This document shows positions 1 through 11,010 of a DNA stretch of 33,623 bases, one piece after another. The stretch covers positions 1 through 33,623 of the forward strand of contig CAJXTQ010000001.1 of the NCBI GenBank assembly GCA_913060985.1, written 5' to 3'. How positions within the stretch are numbered: position 1 is the first letter of the stretch; each line of letters begins with the position of its first letter. The position numbers and the translations under genes are program-made. The notes under the pieces were generated by a model. That model was not told the origin of the DNA and did no database searches. It saw only the letters and a list, made by a program, of their open reading frames with translations. This stretch comes from an uncultured Micrococcales bacterium. Lineage in GTDB: Bacteria; Actinomycetota; Actinomycetes; Actinomycetales; Microbacteriaceae.

Positions 1-540
1 GATTCTGGTGCGGTTTCACTGATGACTTTGCACACCGCTAAGGGTTTGGAATATCCAGTGGTCTTCCTAATCGGTTTGGAACAGGGAACCTTGCCTCACG
101 TTCGAGCCTTCGATGAACCCGGTGGGCTAGCCGAAGAGCGCCGTCTAATGTATGTGGGAATGACCAGGGCAAAACAAAAACTGGTCCTTTCCTGCGCACT
201 CACCAGAACCCTTTTTGGCTCGCAGCAGTCGATGATGGCGAGCAGCTTCCTCGGAGACATTCCTGAGGAACTGATTGACACCGTCGGAGAGAGACAAAAA
301 ACCTCAGCTGCCAAGCCTGTTAGCCGTTGGCAGGGGGCGATCACCACGGCAGCCCAAATCAGAGACAATGACGACCTGGAATTATCTGTTGGAGATCGGA
401 TAGTTCATGACAGCTTTGGTGAGGGTGAGGTGGTTCAGGTAAATGGAAATCCTCCAAGACAGACAGCTGAAATCAGATTCGACAGCGGACAGATCAAGAA
501 GCTGATGGTGAAGGTGGCGCCGATTAGCGTGCAGAAATAG
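1..540 (+). CDS. UvrD/PcrA-family ATP-dependent DNA helicase, C-terminal fragment (5' end outside window)
   Basis: Frame 1 is open from base 1. The translation ..VSLMTLHTAKGLEYPVVFLIGLEQGTLPH..RRLMYVGMTRAKQKL matches the conserved C-terminal SF1 helicase motifs. The GDRIVHDSFGEGEVV tail is typical of PcrA/UvrD. Stop TAG at 538-540. Confidence 0.85.
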   Translation, partial: DSGAVSLMTLHTAKGLEYPVVFLIGLEQGTLPHVRAFDEPGGLAEERRLMYVGMTRAKQKLVLSCALTRTLFGSQQSMMASSFLGDIPEELIDTVGERQKTSAAKPVSRWQGAITTAAQIRDNDDLELSVGDRIVHDSFGEGEVVQVNGNPPRQTAEIRFDSGQIKKLMVKVAPISVQK

Positions 541-556
541 TTTTTTAAATCAACGC

Positions 557-562
557 TAGGAT
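557..562 (+). promoter_or_regulatory. candidate -10 box TAGGAT for the sucCD transcript
   Basis: TAGGAT (TAGRRT/TANNNT class) lies 33 nt upstream of the sucC GTG. This leaves a short 5' UTR carrying SD AGGGA (586-590). No convincing -35 box. Confidence 0.35.
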
Positions 563-594
563 TGAGCTACAAAGCGGATTTAGATAGGGAAACA

Positions 595-1752
595 GTGGAT
601 CTTTTTGAATATCAGGCCCGCGATTTATTTGAAGCCCATGGAGTTCCGGTGCTTAGGGGAATTGTTGTCGATACCCCAGAGCAAGCGGAAGCGGCTGCAA
701 AGGAAATCGGTGGAGTAGTTGTTGTAAAAGCACAGGTTAAGACTGGCGGTCGTGGAAAAGCAGGTGGGGTGAAAGTTGCAAAAACCCCAGAGGATGCTAA
801 AGCTGCCGCCGAGGCCATTTTGGGTCTGGACATCAAGGGGCATGTCGTAAAAAGGCTGATGATCGCTCAGGGAGCAGATATTGCCGAGGAGTATTACTTC
901 TCTGTACTGCTGGACCGCTCCAATCGCACCTTCCTGGCGCTTTGCTCGGTTGAGGGTGGAGTTGAGATTGAGCAATTGGCAGAAGAGCGCCCAGAGGCGC
1001 TAGCCAAGGTGCAGATCAGCGCCAATGAGGGAATTGATCTTGCGAAAGCCAAAGAAATCGCTCAAGAGGCTAACTTTCCAGCCGAGTTGGTTGACAGCGT
1101 AAGTGAAGTATTTGTGAAGCTTTATGGAGTGTTTGAAAAAGAGGACGCAACGCTGGTTGAGGTGAACCCACTTGTAAGAACCGGTGACGGCCAGATTATC
1201 GCTCTGGATGGAAAAGTAACTCTGGATGAGAATGCCGAGTTCCGCCACGAGCGCGAGCAAATGGAGCGTGACCAGCTAGATCCGCTGGAGGCCAAGGCTA
1301 AAGAAAACGACCTGAACTACGTCAAGCTTGATGGCGAGGTTGGAATCATTGGAAACGGTGCCGGTCTGGTTATGTCAACACTTGACGTTGTTGCCTATGC
1401 AGGTGAAAACCACGGTGGCGTGAAGCCAGCAAACTTCTTAGACATTGGAGGCGGAGCCAGTGCTGAGGTGATGGCAGCAGGACTGGATGTGATTCTTGGT
1501 GATGAGCAGGTAAAGAGTGTGTTTGTAAACGTATTCGGAGGAATTACCGCCTGCGATGCAGTTGCCAACGGAATTGTAGGTGCGCTGGACAAGCTTGGAA
1601 GCGCTGCCAGCAAGCCGCTCGTAGTGAGGCTTGATGGCAATAATGTCGATGAGGGAAGAAAAATACTGAGCGAATACAACCACCCGCTTATCACCCTCGC
1701 GGAAACTATGGATGGCGGAGCTGACAGGGCCGCAGAATTGGCAAAGGGGTAA
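595..1752 (+). CDS. sucC: succinyl-CoA synthetase (ADP-forming) beta subunit
   Basis: The ORF in the track starts at TTG 562, but the canonical SucC N-terminus (M)[11 protein letters not shown] begins at in-frame GTG 595, with SD AGGGA 4 nt upstream. ATP-grasp region and [12 protein letters not shown] motif are present. Confidence 0.95.
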   Translation: MDLFEYQARDLFEAHGVPVLRGIVVDTPEQAEAAAKEIGGVVVVKAQVKTGGRGKAGGVKVAKTPEDAKAAAEAILGLDIKGHVVKRLMIAQGADIAEEYYFSVLLDRSNRTFLALCSVEGGVEIEQLAEERPEALAKVQISANEGIDLAKAKEIAQEANFPAELVDSVSEVFVKLYGVFEKEDATLVEVNPLVRTGDGQIIALDGKVTLDENAEFRHEREQMERDQLDPLEAKAKENDLNYVKLDGEVGIIGNGAGLVMSTLDVVAYAGENHGGVKPANFLDIGGGASAEVMAAGLDVILGDEQVKSVFVNVFGGITACDAVANGIVGALDKLGSAASKPLVVRLDGNNVDEGRKILSEYNHPLITLAETMDGGADRAAELAKG

Positions 1753-1754
1753 GC

Positions 1755-2642
1755 ATGGCTATTTATCTTGATTCAAACTCAAAAATTATCGTCCAGGGAA
1801 TGACTGGAGCCGAGGGAATGAAGCACACCCAGCGAATGCTGGCTGGCGGCAGCGACATTGTTGGTGGAGTAAACCCACGTAAGGCCGGTGAAACCGTCGA
1901 AATTGAGGGGAAGAGCCTTCCAGTTTTCGGAAGCGTGGCTGAGGCAATGGCTGAGACCGGTGCAAATGTGAGTGTGATTTTTGTGCCACCCGCCTTTGCA
2001 AAAGCAGCTATGGTCGAGGCAATTGATGCGCAGGTGCCCCTGATTGTCACAATCACCGAGGGAATTCCGGTTCACGATAGTGCTGCAGCTTGGGATTACA
2101 ACCTGAAAAAGGGCAACAAGAGTCGCATGATTGGACCGAACTGCCCAGGAATCATTAGCCCGGGTAAATCAAATGCCGGAATTACTCCCAGCAACATCAC
2201 CGGTGCCGGTCCAATTGGATTGGTTAGCAAGAGTGGAACTCTCACCTACCAGATGATGTTTGAGCTGAGAGACATTGGGTTCTCAACAGGTATCGGTATT
2301 GGTGGGGATCCAGTAATTGGAACCACTCACATCGACGCCTTGGAAGCTTTTGAGGCCGATTCGGAAACCAAGGCAATTGTCCTGATTGGTGAAATTGGTG
2401 GAGACAGCGAAGAAAAAGCCGCTGAATACATCTCTAAGCACGTATCGAAACCAGTGGTTGCCTATGTTGCTGGCTTCACAGCACCAGAGGGTAAAACAAT
2501 GGGTCACGCTGGAGCGATTGTCTCGGGTTCTGCGGGAACAGCGCAGGCTAAAAAGGAAGCATTCGAGGCTGTTGGCGTGAAAGTTGGTAAGACTCCGAGT
2601 GAGACCGCGCAGCTGATGCGCGATATCATCGCGGGCCTCTAG
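1755..2642 (+). CDS. sucD: succinyl-CoA synthetase alpha subunit
   Basis: VQGMTGAEG CoA-binding motif, SKSGTLTYQ, and MGHAGAIV active-site phosphohistidine motif. SD AAGGGG is upstream, and the gap after the sucC stop is 2 nt. Confidence 0.95.
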   Translation: MAIYLDSNSKIIVQGMTGAEGMKHTQRMLAGGSDIVGGVNPRKAGETVEIEGKSLPVFGSVAEAMAETGANVSVIFVPPAFAKAAMVEAIDAQVPLIVTITEGIPVHDSAAAWDYNLKKGNKSRMIGPNCPGIISPGKSNAGITPSNITGAGPIGLVSKSGTLTYQMMFELRDIGFSTGIGIGGDPVIGTTHIDALEAFEADSETKAIVLIGEIGGDSEEKAAEYISKHVSKPVVAYVAGFTAPEGKTMGHAGAIVSGSAGTAQAKKEAFEAVGVKVGKTPSETAQLMRDIIAGL

Positions 2643-2646
2643 CCAA

Positions 2647-3891
2647 TTGAACAGAGCGCTGATTCCAGCCCTTGTGGCTGCATTGGAAGCGGCGCTGATA
2701 ATTGCAATCGGGATTGGAATCACGCTTGCGCCACTGACGGTTGTTTGGCTTGTCGAGCCCGACCCCAACTTTTCTTGGGTGAGCAATTTTTTGATTGCGG
2801 CAAACCTCTGGTTGGCAGCGCACGGGGTTGAGATTCTTATCCCAGCCGGCGAGCTTTCTGGAATTGAATTCGATGCCTTCAGCATTGCTGCCATGCCATT
2901 AGGGCTGACACTAATCACAGTCTTTTTGGCATACCGACTGGGAAGTCGTCTTAGCTCATCAGGCTCCTTGGTACTCGGTTGGGCTGGTGGCATCGGGAGC
3001 TTTGGTTTTATCAGCCTGTTGGTTTCGCAGGCTGCGATGAGCGAGTACGCAGAAGCAGTTCAATGGCAGGCGGTTTTGTCACCCACTCTGGTTTTCGCCA
3101 TCACGGTGATTCTTTCAAGCCTGATCGGCAAAAATTTCATGATTGCTTCGGCAAGCGAGCAATCCGAGGCTGCTGAGCGCCGCGTAATTAGAGCGAGCAT
3201 GGGCAAGCTAAAGAAATCGCTTCACTGGTCGCTGAGAGTTGTTTTGGATCCAGCCATTAGAGCAGGAACAATGATCACCCTGCTTACGCTGATTGCCGCA
3301 TCAGTGCTCACGGCTATCCTGCTGGCGGTGAATTGGGTGGAGATAATCAGGCTTTATGAGGCCCTGCAGATCACCATTGTTGGTGGTGTAGTGGTTACTC
3401 TGGGCCAGCTGGCAATTCTTCCGAACCTAATTGTTTATGTCGCAAGTTGGCTAATTGGACCGGGATTCGCAATCGGCATTGGTTCAAATGTCAGCCCGCT
3501 GGGAACCAATCTTGGACCACTGCCGGCCATCCCCGTTTTTGGCGCAATACCCAGTGAAACTTTGGAGCGGTCAATATGGGTGGTCCTGCTGCTGGGACTA
3601 TTTTCAATAATTGCGGTGGCAATCTCTAGAAAATCCACCGCTGATATCCGTTGGGAGTATGCAACTGGATTTGCAGCGAGTGCCTCTCTGGCCCTGGGGG
3701 TTGCATTGGTTGCAAGTGTTGAACTGATGCTGCTGGCTGTTGTTGCTAGCGGAGCGATGGGGCCAGGCAGATTGCAGTTTGTTGGGGTGGACCCGATTGC
3801 AGTCGGGCTAGTTAGTTTCGTTGTGGTTTTCATAAGCAGTTTCTTAGCTGGATTGATTGTTGCCAGACCTGAAGATAAAAGGCAACGATAG
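2647..3891 (+). CDS. polytopic integral membrane protein, PerM-like (DUF6350-type) by position and topology
   Basis: 414 aa with about 10 hydrophobic helices. It sits between sucD and purN, the position I recall for perM (Rv0955) in M. tuberculosis. The TTG start 4 nt after the sucD stop has no SD, so the start is uncertain. Confidence 0.6.
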   Translation: MNRALIPALVAALEAALIIAIGIGITLAPLTVVWLVEPDPNFSWVSNFLIAANLWLAAHGVEILIPAGELSGIEFDAFSIAAMPLGLTLITVFLAYRLGSRLSSSGSLVLGWAGGIGSFGFISLLVSQAAMSEYAEAVQWQAVLSPTLVFAITVILSSLIGKNFMIASASEQSEAAERRVIRASMGKLKKSLHWSLRVVLDPAIRAGTMITLLTLIAASVLTAILLAVNWVEIIRLYEALQITIVGGVVVTLGQLAILPNLIVYVASWLIGPGFAIGIGSNVSPLGTNLGPLPAIPVFGAIPSETLERSIWVVLLLGLFSIIAVAISRKSTADIRWEYATGFAASASLALGVALVASVELMLLAVVASGAMGPGRLQFVGVDPIAVGLVSFVVVFISSFLAGLIVARPEDKRQR

Positions 3892-3894
3892 GCT
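3889..3894 (+). promoter_or_regulatory. candidate -10 box TAGGCT, 6 nt before the purN ATG (leaderless configuration)
   Basis: Sequence reads TAGGCT-aagcga-ATG(3901). The TAG is also the stop codon of the upstream membrane-protein gene. No SD precedes purN. Confidence 0.35.
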
Positions 3895-3900
3895 AAGCGA

Positions 3901-4494
3901 ATGCTCTCGGTTGTAACACTCATTTCGGGCTCAGGTTCAAACCTGCAAGCACTTTTGAAAGCCTGTGACAACCCTCTATATCCAGCAAAAATGTTGGCTG
4001 TTGGCAGTGATAAGGCTGCATCTGGTCTTTTTCACGCGGAGGAGTACGGAGTGCCAAGCTTTGTAGTTGAACCACATAGATTTTCCACCAAAGAGCAGTG
4101 GGCAGAGGTTTTGGCAAGCAACATAAACCACCTAAATCCTGACCTGATTGTGCTAGCTGGATTTATGAGGATTCTGCCTACAAATTTTGTTGATCAGTTC
4201 TATCCAAAAGTCATCAATCTGCACCCTTCTCTGCTTCCGAAGTTCCCTGGAGCGCACGCGGTCAGAGATGCTCTCGCGGCTGGCGAGAAGACAACTGGCT
4301 GCACACTTCATGTGGTTGATGCTGGCGTTGACACGGGCCCAATAATTGACTTCAGACAGGTGCCGGTTGAAAGCACCGATGATGAACATTCTCTCCACGA
4401 GAAGATAAAGACCGAAGAAAGGGCAATGCTGGTCGAGGCTGTTCGATCAATAGCCGAGGGAAAGATTGACTTGGAGGAAATAGGTGGCAACTGA
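3901..4494 (+). CDS. purN: phosphoribosylglycinamide formyltransferase
   Basis: [24 protein letters not shown] and [17 protein letters not shown] motifs of GAR transformylase. Confidence 0.93.
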   Translation: MLSVVTLISGSGSNLQALLKACDNPLYPAKMLAVGSDKAASGLFHAEEYGVPSFVVEPHRFSTKEQWAEVLASNINHLNPDLIVLAGFMRILPTNFVDQFYPKVINLHPSLLPKFPGAHAVRDALAAGEKTTGCTLHVVDAGVDTGPIIDFRQVPVESTDDEHSLHEKIKTEERAMLVEAVRSIAEGKIDLEEIGGN

Positions 4495-6064
4495 TAGTTC
4501 GCTAAATTATCGGGATCGAATTCAGATCAAAAGGGCTCTGATCTCCGTAAGTGACAAGACAGGTTTGCTGGAGCTTGCAAAAAATCTGGTTAGTAGCGGT
4601 GTAGAGATAGTTTCCACGGGTTCAACCGCCAAGCAGATTGCCGATGCGGGTGTGCCAGTGACCCAGGTCAACGAAGTCACGGGATTTCAAGAAACACTTG
4701 ATGGCAGGGTGAAAACTCTGCATCCAAACGTTCACGCTGGATTGCTTGCCGATCTAAGAAAGCCAGAGCACAAATCACAGCTTGAGGAACTTGGAATAAA
4801 ACCTTTCGAGCTTGTAATTGTCAATCTCTATCCATTTGTTGAAACCATCAACTCCGGCGCAGATTTCGATGAGTGCATAGAACAGATTGATATTGGTGGG
4901 CCAGCGATGGTTCGAGCAAGCGCAAAAAACTTTGCAAACGTTGCGATAGTAACCGCTACGGATGATTACCAGATGATTGTTGATGCCATTAGAGATGGCG
5001 GAACAACCCTAGAGCAGCGCAAAAGCCTATCTTTGAAGGCCTTCACAACAACTGCAAATTACGATGCTGCGGTTAGTGGCTGGATGGCCTCGAATAGATC
5101 TGATGCTGAATCGAAAACCGATCTGCCGACTGAATTGGATATCAACAGCAAGCGCCACTCAATCCTTAGATATGGTGAGAACTCTCATCAGTCTGCAGCC
5201 ATCTACACATCAAACAACGTCTCACCAGGTCTTGCCCAGGCAAGGCTTTTGCATGGCAAGGAGATGAGCTTCAACAACTACGTTGATGCTGACAGCGCCT
5301 TGCGAGTCGCTTTCGACTTCGTAAAACCTGCGGTGGCGATTATCAAGCACGCCAACCCCTGCGGGGTTGCTGAGGCAACCGATGTTGCAAGCGCCTACCA
5401 AAAAGCCTTTGAGTGTGATCCGGTAAGCGCATTCGGGGGAGTAGTTGCGGTCAATAGCAAACTAACGGCAGAGATGGCCGAGAAAATGAGTGAAGTGTTT
5501 ACCGAGGTGGTCGTAGCTCCAGCCTATGACACCGAGGCTTTGTCAATCTTGACTCAGAAAAAGAACTTGCGAATTATGCAGCTAGCGGGTGATTTTAGGT
5601 ATCCAGAGACCGAGCTGAAGCAGGTTTCCGGGGGATTTTTGCTGCAGCAATCCGATCGATTTGAGGTTGTAAATGCCGGTGACTGGAAGCTTGTAAGCGG
5701 CAGTCGTCCCGATAATGATGTACTGCAAGATCTGGAATTTGCATGGCGTGCGGTACGCGGAGTGAAATCAAATGCAATCCTGCTTGCCAAAAATGGCGCC
5801 AGCGTTGGCATCGGGATGGGTCAGGTAAACCGGGTGGATTCCTGCAAGCTGGCGGTAGATAGAGCTTCAGACAGAGTGGCAAATAGTGTTGCCGCCTCAG
5901 ACGCCTTTTTCCCTTTTGCCGATGGACTACAGATTCTTATAGATGCTGGAGTGAAGGCGATTGTACAGCCGGGCGGTTCAGTCAGAGACGAAGAAGTCAT
6001 TGAGTTGGCCAAAGCGAATTCAATACCAATGTTTTTCACTGGCGAGCGGCATTTTTTCCACTAA
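4484..6064 (+). CDS. purH: bifunctional AICAR formyltransferase / IMP cyclohydrolase
   Basis: N-terminal MGS-like domain ([23 protein letters not shown]) and C-terminal AICARFT domain ([18 protein letters not shown]). The GTG start has strong SD GGAGGA (4473-4478) inside the purN 3' end, giving an 11-nt overlap with purN. Confidence 0.95.
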   Translation: MATDSSLNYRDRIQIKRALISVSDKTGLLELAKNLVSSGVEIVSTGSTAKQIADAGVPVTQVNEVTGFQETLDGRVKTLHPNVHAGLLADLRKPEHKSQLEELGIKPFELVIVNLYPFVETINSGADFDECIEQIDIGGPAMVRASAKNFANVAIVTATDDYQMIVDAIRDGGTTLEQRKSLSLKAFTTTANYDAAVSGWMASNRSDAESKTDLPTELDINSKRHSILRYGENSHQSAAIYTSNNVSPGLAQARLLHGKEMSFNNYVDADSALRVAFDFVKPAVAIIKHANPCGVAEATDVASAYQKAFECDPVSAFGGVVAVNSKLTAEMAEKMSEVFTEVVVAPAYDTEALSILTQKKNLRIMQLAGDFRYPETELKQVSGGFLLQQSDRFEVVNAGDWKLVSGSRPDNDVLQDLEFAWRAVRGVKSNAILLAKNGASVGIGMGQVNRVDSCKLAVDRASDRVANSVAASDAFFPFADGLQILIDAGVKAIVQPGGSVRDEEVIELAKANSIPMFFTGERHFFH

Positions 6065-6072
6065 CAAACTGT

Positions 6073-6078
6073 TAGCCT
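6073..6078 (+). promoter_or_regulatory. candidate -10 box TAGCCT for the ABC exporter pair
   Basis: TAGCCT lies 26 nt upstream of ATG 6105, with SD GAGGAG (6097-6102) in between. Confidence 0.3.
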
Positions 6079-6104
6079 GTAACGCTGATCAGTTTTGAGG
6101 AGCT

Positions 6105-7868
6105 ATGCAGGAAAAAGGTTTACTGGCTACTCTCGCCAGGTTAATCCCTTATGCAGGCAAGACCCTACCCAGGCTAATGCTGGGTGTGCTTGTCGGAATT
6201 GCCGCACATATGTTTGCCCTTGCCCTTCCTCAAGTTTTGAGGGATTTAGTCAATGGCCTTGGGGAGAATCCAAGCGTTGATTTCCTTATTGGTTCAGTCG
6301 CACTATTTCTGTTCTTAGGCGCCAGTGAGGCTGTTTTAGTTCTGCTGCGTCGCTGGCTTGTCTTGGAGCCCGGAACCCAGGTTGAGGCAAGAATGCGAAA
6401 CCATCTCTATGAAAAATTGGAGACGCTACCGGTTAGCTTTCATGATCAGTGGCCAAGCGGGCAATTGCTTTCAAGATCGGTGCAGGATTTGGGTCTTTTG
6501 CGAAGGTGGATTTCGTTTGGCTTCGTTCTACTTATTGCAAATGTGGTGATGATTGCGGTGGGTTTGGTAATTCTTTTCAACACCCATTGGATGCTTGGAA
6601 CCATTTTGCTTATCAGCTCACTTCCTTTTTGGCTGAGGGGGTTTAACTACCAACGTGAATACGGACTTGCCAGTCGCCAATCCCAAGACCAGGCGGGAGA
6701 CTTGGCAACTAGCGTTGAGGAGTCGGTTCATGGAATCAGGGTGCTAAAGGCTTTCGGCAGAGGCGAGCAGGCAGCCGGTTTATTTGCGAGTGAAGCGAAA
6801 GAACTGAGGATGACCGAACTTAGGAAGGCTCGACTGAATTCAAACCTATGGCTTTTCATAATTCTCCTCCCAGAGTTATCTATCGGACTTAGCTTGTTGG
6901 CAGGCGTCTATCTAATTTCCAGCGGGGAGTTAACTCTCGGTGGCCTAGTCAGTTATTTTGCAACCGTGATGGTTCTTAGATGGCCTATCGAGTCGCTGGG
7001 TTTCTTATTGGCTTTCACGCTTGATGCAAAGGCTGCCGTGCAGAGGTTTGTCGAGGTTATTGATAAACCTGTGGACATAGCCGAGGCAGCGAGCATAAGA
7101 GAAATTGAAAATCCCCAGGGAAAGCTGGAATTCAAAAATGTCCATTTCCGCTATCCCGATGCCCCCACGAATCAGAGAGATCTGATTGATGGAGTGGATT
7201 TGGTGATCCAGCCAGGCCAATCAGTTGCCCTGATTGGAATAACAGGTAGTGGTAAATCAACATTGACAGCGCTTACGACCCGCTTGTATGACGTCACAGA
7301 TGGATCAATTGAGATTGACGGAGTGGATATAAAAAATCTCAGCTTTGGCGATCTTCGAAGCCAAATTGCCATGGCGTTTGAGGATGCAACCTTATTTTCC
7401 GCAAGCGTTAGAGACAATGTTCTGCTTGGTAGGCCCGATGCCAGTGAAGAGGATTTGCATCAGGCGCTTGAGATTGCCCAGGCAGCATTTGTTTATGACC
7501 TTCCCGAGGGAGTCGAGACAACTATTGGCGAAGAGGGAATGAGCCTTTCAGGCGGCCAGCGCCAGCGACTCGCTCTAGCCAGAGCGGTTGCGGCAAAGCC
7601 TTCAATATTGGTCATGGATGACCCATTGAGCGCATTAGATGTCGACACCGAGGCATTGGTAGAGCAGGCACTCCGGCAGGTCTTGAAAGGAACCACCGCA
7701 CTGATTGTTGCGCACAGGCCCTCCACAGTGATGCTGGCTGACAAAGTCGCACTGCTTCAAGATGGAAAAATTACTGCTTTCGGCACACACAGCGAACTGC
7801 TGAAATCCAGCGAGCACTACCGTTATGTGATTTCAAGTTTTGATTCAGAAAAGCAGGTGATTATTTGA
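6105..7868 (+). CDS. ABC exporter, fused permease/ATPase; subunit with non-canonical (degenerate) ATPase motifs
   Basis: Six-TM type I exporter domain followed by an NBD. Walker [10 protein letters not shown] and signature LSGGQRQR are canonical. Walker B reads ILVMDD (Asp where the catalytic Glu is expected, nt 7617-7622). The Q-loop reads AFED where the partner has TQE. Confidence 0.85.
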   Translation: MQEKGLLATLARLIPYAGKTLPRLMLGVLVGIAAHMFALALPQVLRDLVNGLGENPSVDFLIGSVALFLFLGASEAVLVLLRRWLVLEPGTQVEARMRNHLYEKLETLPVSFHDQWPSGQLLSRSVQDLGLLRRWISFGFVLLIANVVMIAVGLVILFNTHWMLGTILLISSLPFWLRGFNYQREYGLASRQSQDQAGDLATSVEESVHGIRVLKAFGRGEQAAGLFASEAKELRMTELRKARLNSNLWLFIILLPELSIGLSLLAGVYLISSGELTLGGLVSYFATVMVLRWPIESLGFLLAFTLDAKAAVQRFVEVIDKPVDIAEAASIREIENPQGKLEFKNVHFRYPDAPTNQRDLIDGVDLVIQPGQSVALIGITGSGKSTLTALTTRLYDVTDGSIEIDGVDIKNLSFGDLRSQIAMAFEDATLFSASVRDNVLLGRPDASEEDLHQALEIAQAAFVYDLPEGVETTIGEEGMSLSGGQRQRLALARAVAAKPSILVMDDPLSALDVDTEALVEQALRQVLKGTTALIVAHRPSTVMLADKVALLQDGKITAFGTHSELLKSSEHYRYVISSFDSEKQVII

Positions 7869-9670
7869 GCACCTTCGGAACACTGAATGAAGACCAGAGC
7901 GATCTAAATAAAGAGGATTCAAAGCGAATCAGAGAGAGGTCATTTAGGCTGCTCATTTCTTTGATTGAGCCTGTAAAAAAGAGACTTTTTGTATCCTTCG
8001 GGGCGGGCATTATCTCTCAGGGCTTGCGAGTTATTGGGCCGGCAATCATTGCCTATGCTCTAGATACCGCACTACCCGCAGCGGTTGAGGATGACCAAAT
8101 CCCGCTGCTGGTTGCGGTTGGGGGTTATCTACTAGTCGCAATTGCGACCGCGTCGCTAACTGCCTTCTTCATTCGTTTCGGGGCAAGAATCAACCAAGAT
8201 GTTTTGCTTGATTTGCGACAGCGAATGTTCCGTCATACCCAAAAACTATCGGTTGAATTCCATGAACGGTATACATCCGGAAGAGTAATAGCTAGGCAAA
8301 CCTCAGACCTTGACAGCATTCGCGAGCTTTTGGATACAGGCGGTAACGAGATGATTGTCAGCCTGATGTTCATGATCTTTACCGGTGCAGCCTTGCTAAT
8401 TCTCGATCCGCAAAGCTTCCTGGTATTAGCCGCCAGCTGGATTCCGCTGTATTTCATAACCCGCTGGTTTGTTCGATCGGCGAGGCTTCAATACAGAAAG
8501 TCTCGGGTCGCCTCGGCGAAGCTGATTGTTTATTTTGTTGAGACCATGACCGGCATCAGAGCGGTAAAGGCTTTCAGGACCGAGAAGCGAAATCAAAGTC
8601 ACTACAGTGAATTGAACGAGGATTACAGAAAGATCACCAAACGAACCATTCAACTTTTTGGAATTTTCGACCCTTCTCTGATCTTCACCGGCAGCGTTGC
8701 GATGAGTTTTGTGTTGCTCTTTGGAGGAAGCAGGGTAATTGAGGGCGAGCTTGGAATTGGAGTTCTGACTGCGGCGATTCTATACACCAGGCAATTTTTT
8801 GGACCCATTGAAAGAGTTGCTATTTTCTATAACTCCTACCAGGCAGCCAGCGCGGCTTTGGAAAAAATCAGCGGTGTTTTGGAAGAGCAACCAACTGTCC
8901 CAGAGCCTGAAAACCCAACTGAACTCAAGAACATAAGTGGGGAGCTGAATTTCAAAGATGTTGAATTCCACTACTCGAATAAAATCCCAATTCTTCCCAA
9001 ATTCAACCTGAACATTCCAGCTGGTCAAACCATTGCGCTGGTCGGAACAACCGGTGCTGGAAAATCCACTCTTGCAAAGCTAATCTCTAGGTTTTATGAC
9101 CCAGTTGAGGGCTCGGTTTCACTGGACAATGTTGACCTAAGAGAAGTATCTGCCGAGGATCTGCGAAGGCATATTGTGATGGTCACGCAGGAGGCCTACC
9201 TTTTCTCTGGAAGTGTTGCCGACAATATTGCTCTGGGTAAGCCTGGTGCATCCCGCGAAGAGATTGCTGCAGCAGCGCAGGCGGTTGGTGCGCATGAGTT
9301 TATTCTCGCCCTTCCAGACGGCTACGACACAGATGTGAATAAACGTGGTGGAAGGGTTAGCGCTGGTCAGCGACAGTTGATCAGTTTTGCAAGAGCATTT
9401 TTGGCGGACCCCAGCGTGCTTATTTTGGATGAGGCAACCAGTTCACTGGACATTCCCTCAGAGAGGCTGGTGCAGCAAGGTTTGCAGACCCTGCTGAAGG
9501 GGCGAACCGCAATCATCATCGCCCACCGTTTATCGACGGTGGCAATTGCGGATCGGGTGCTGGTGATGGAGCAGGGAAGAATTATTGAGGATGATAGCCC
9601 CGGTGTTCTGATAGCTGGAGATGGTAAGTTTTCGAAGCTTCACAAAGCCTGGCGAGAATCCTTGGTCTAG
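7865..9670 (+). CDS. ABC exporter, fused permease/ATPase; subunit with canonical ATPase motifs
   Basis: Walker [10 protein letters not shown], Walker [13 protein letters not shown] and H-loop IIAHRLST are canonical. The signature is VSAGQRQ instead of LSGGQ (nt 9356-9370). The TTG start overlaps the upstream stop by 4 nt, with SD-like AGGTGA 4 nt upstream. Confidence 0.85.
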   Translation: MSTFGTLNEDQSDLNKEDSKRIRERSFRLLISLIEPVKKRLFVSFGAGIISQGLRVIGPAIIAYALDTALPAAVEDDQIPLLVAVGGYLLVAIATASLTAFFIRFGARINQDVLLDLRQRMFRHTQKLSVEFHERYTSGRVIARQTSDLDSIRELLDTGGNEMIVSLMFMIFTGAALLILDPQSFLVLAASWIPLYFITRWFVRSARLQYRKSRVASAKLIVYFVETMTGIRAVKAFRTEKRNQSHYSELNEDYRKITKRTIQLFGIFDPSLIFTGSVAMSFVLLFGGSRVIEGELGIGVLTAAILYTRQFFGPIERVAIFYNSYQAASAALEKISGVLEEQPTVPEPENPTELKNISGELNFKDVEFHYSNKIPILPKFNLNIPAGQTIALVGTTGAGKSTLAKLISRFYDPVEGSVSLDNVDLREVSAEDLRRHIVMVTQEAYLFSGSVADNIALGKPGASREEIAAAAQAVGAHEFILALPDGYDTDVNKRGGRVSAGQRQLISFARAFLADPSVLILDEATSSLDIPSERLVQQGLQTLLKGRTAIIIAHRLSTVAIADRVLVMEQGRIIEDDSPGVLIAGDGKFSKLHKAWRESLV

Positions 9671-9693
9671 ACATCTGAAAACAGATTTCGGGA

Positions 9694-9717
9694 TAGGCTA
9701 TAGGGCGAACTTAGGCT
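9694..9717 (+). promoter_or_regulatory. two tandem TAGGCT -10-like boxes upstream of icd
   Basis: TAGGCT occurs at 9694-9699 and again at 9712-9717. SD GGAGA (9724-9728) lies 7 nt before ATG 9736. I cannot tell from sequence which box is used. Confidence 0.3.
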
Positions 9718-9735
9718 AATTCTGGAGAATTCTTA

Positions 9736-10953
9736 ATGAGCAAAATCAAAGTTGTTGGCAAAGTAGTGGAGCTCGATGGCGATGAGATGACTCGCATCAT
9801 CTGGCAAGACATTAAAGACAAGCTAATACTTCCTTTCTTAGACATCGATCTTGAGTATTACGACCTCTCTGTTACTCACCGCGATGCAACCGATGATCAG
9901 GTGACCGTGGATGCGGCAGAGGCGATCAACAAACACGGAGTCGGTGTTAAGTGTGCGACCATCACCCCCGATGAGGCACGTGTTGAAGAGTTTGGTCTGA
10001 AAAAGATGTGGCGAAGCCCAAACGGAACCATTAGAAACATTCTCGGTGGCGTTGTTTTCAGGGAGCCAATTATCATTTCCAACGTGCCAAGACTGGTACC
10101 TGGCTGGACTAAGCCAATTATCATCGGACGTCACGCTCACGGGGACCAGTACAAAGCGACAGATTTCAAAGTCCCAGGAAAGGGAACCGTGACAATCACC
10201 TGGACCCCGGATGATGGTTCAGAACCAAAGACTATGACCGTTGCCGAGTACGACGAGGATGGCGGAGTGGCAATGGGAATGTATAACTACATGGATTCCA
10301 TCAAGGACTTCGCAAGGTCTAGCTTCAACTACGGACTTTCTCGTAATTACCCGGTTTATATGTCCACCAAAAACACAATCCTGAAAGCCTATGACGGGGC
10401 ATTCAAGGATGCCTTCCAAGAGGTTTATGACAGCGAATACCGTGATCGCTTTGAAGCTGCTGGTCTTACCTATGAGCACCGCCTGATTGATGACATGGTT
10501 GCCGCAGCCATGAAATGGGAGGGCGGCTATGTTTGGGCATGTAAAAACTACGATGGCGACGTTCAGAGCGACACAGTTGCCCAAGGGTTTGGCTCATTGG
10601 GCCTTATGACATCTGTGCTTTCAACTCCTAATGGCAAAGTTGCGCTTGCCGAGGCCGCTCACGGAACGGTTACTCGCCACTATCGCCAGTGGCAGGAGGG
10701 CAAAAAGACCTCAACTAACCCGATTGCCTCCATATTCGCTTGGACCAGGGGATTGCAGCACAGGGCCAAGCTGGATAACACTCCTGAGGTTGCCGAGTTT
10801 GCAGAGACTCTGGAGCAGGTAATTATTGAGACCGTTGAGTCAGGCAAGATGACCAAGGACCTAGCGGTGTTGGTTGGAGACCCCGATAACTATCAGTCAA
10901 CAGACGAGTTTATGAACAGCCTTGCGGAGAACCTTCAGGCGAAACTCTCCTAA
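9736..10953 (+). CDS. icd: NADP-dependent isocitrate dehydrogenase, homodimeric eukaryote-like (type II) class
   Basis: [22 protein letters not shown] and NYDGDVQSD motifs. The ~405-aa length matches the IDH1-like class, as in mycobacterial ICD1. Confidence 0.95.
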   Translation: MSKIKVVGKVVELDGDEMTRIIWQDIKDKLILPFLDIDLEYYDLSVTHRDATDDQVTVDAAEAINKHGVGVKCATITPDEARVEEFGLKKMWRSPNGTIRNILGGVVFREPIIISNVPRLVPGWTKPIIIGRHAHGDQYKATDFKVPGKGTVTITWTPDDGSEPKTMTVAEYDEDGGVAMGMYNYMDSIKDFARSSFNYGLSRNYPVYMSTKNTILKAYDGAFKDAFQEVYDSEYRDRFEAAGLTYEHRLIDDMVAAAMKWEGGYVWACKNYDGDVQSDTVAQGFGSLGLMTSVLSTPNGKVALAEAAHGTVTRHYRQWQEGKKTSTNPIASIFAWTRGLQHRAKLDNTPEVAEFAETLEQVIIETVESGKMTKDLAVLVGDPDNYQSTDEFMNSLAENLQAKLS

Positions 10954-10968
10954 ATTTGCGCTGTGGAT

Positions 10969-11006
10969 AACTCCTGAACCTTTTGGTTCAGGAGTTTTAT
11001 CTTTTT
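10969..11006 (+). terminator. rho-independent terminator after icd
   Basis: Perfect 12-bp stem: aactcctgaacc (10969-10980), loop tttt, ggttcaggagtt (10985-10996). A T-rich tail ttatcttttt follows. Confidence 0.75.
10998..11003 (+). promoter_or_regulatory. possible -10 box TATCTT, 7 nt before ATG 11011
   Basis: It matches TANNNT at the same offset seen at other SD-less starts, but it lies in the T-tail of the icd terminator. It could be coincidental. Confidence 0.2.
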
Positions 11007-11010
11007 GCGC

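Noticed and set aside
562-594. A TTG-initiated 11-codon extension of sucC.
   Set aside because: The conserved SucC N-terminus (M)DLFEYQAR begins at GTG 595, and an SD (AGGGA) sits inside the extension.
2283-2993. A 236-aa ORF on the minus strand. Other long antisense or shadow ORFs are of the same kind: 3435-3971(-), 15372-15851(-), 17407-17823(+), 22042-22371(+), 27852-28190(+) and 29746-30207(+).
   Set aside because: All lie entirely opposite confidently identified, motif-rich genes. They have low-complexity or Ser/Pro/Arg-rich translations and no start-site signals, which is typical of shadow ORFs.
6061-6075. Palindrome CTAACA-aac-TGTTAG at the purH stop codon, considered as a possible terminator or operator.
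   Set aside because: It has only a 6-bp AT-rich stem with a 3-nt loop and no U-tract. It is expected by chance at this length.
9673-9686. Hairpin ATCTG-aaaa-CAGAT after the second ABC gene, considered as a possible terminator.
   Set aside because: The stem is only 5 bp and is followed by just two or three T residues. That is too weak to call.
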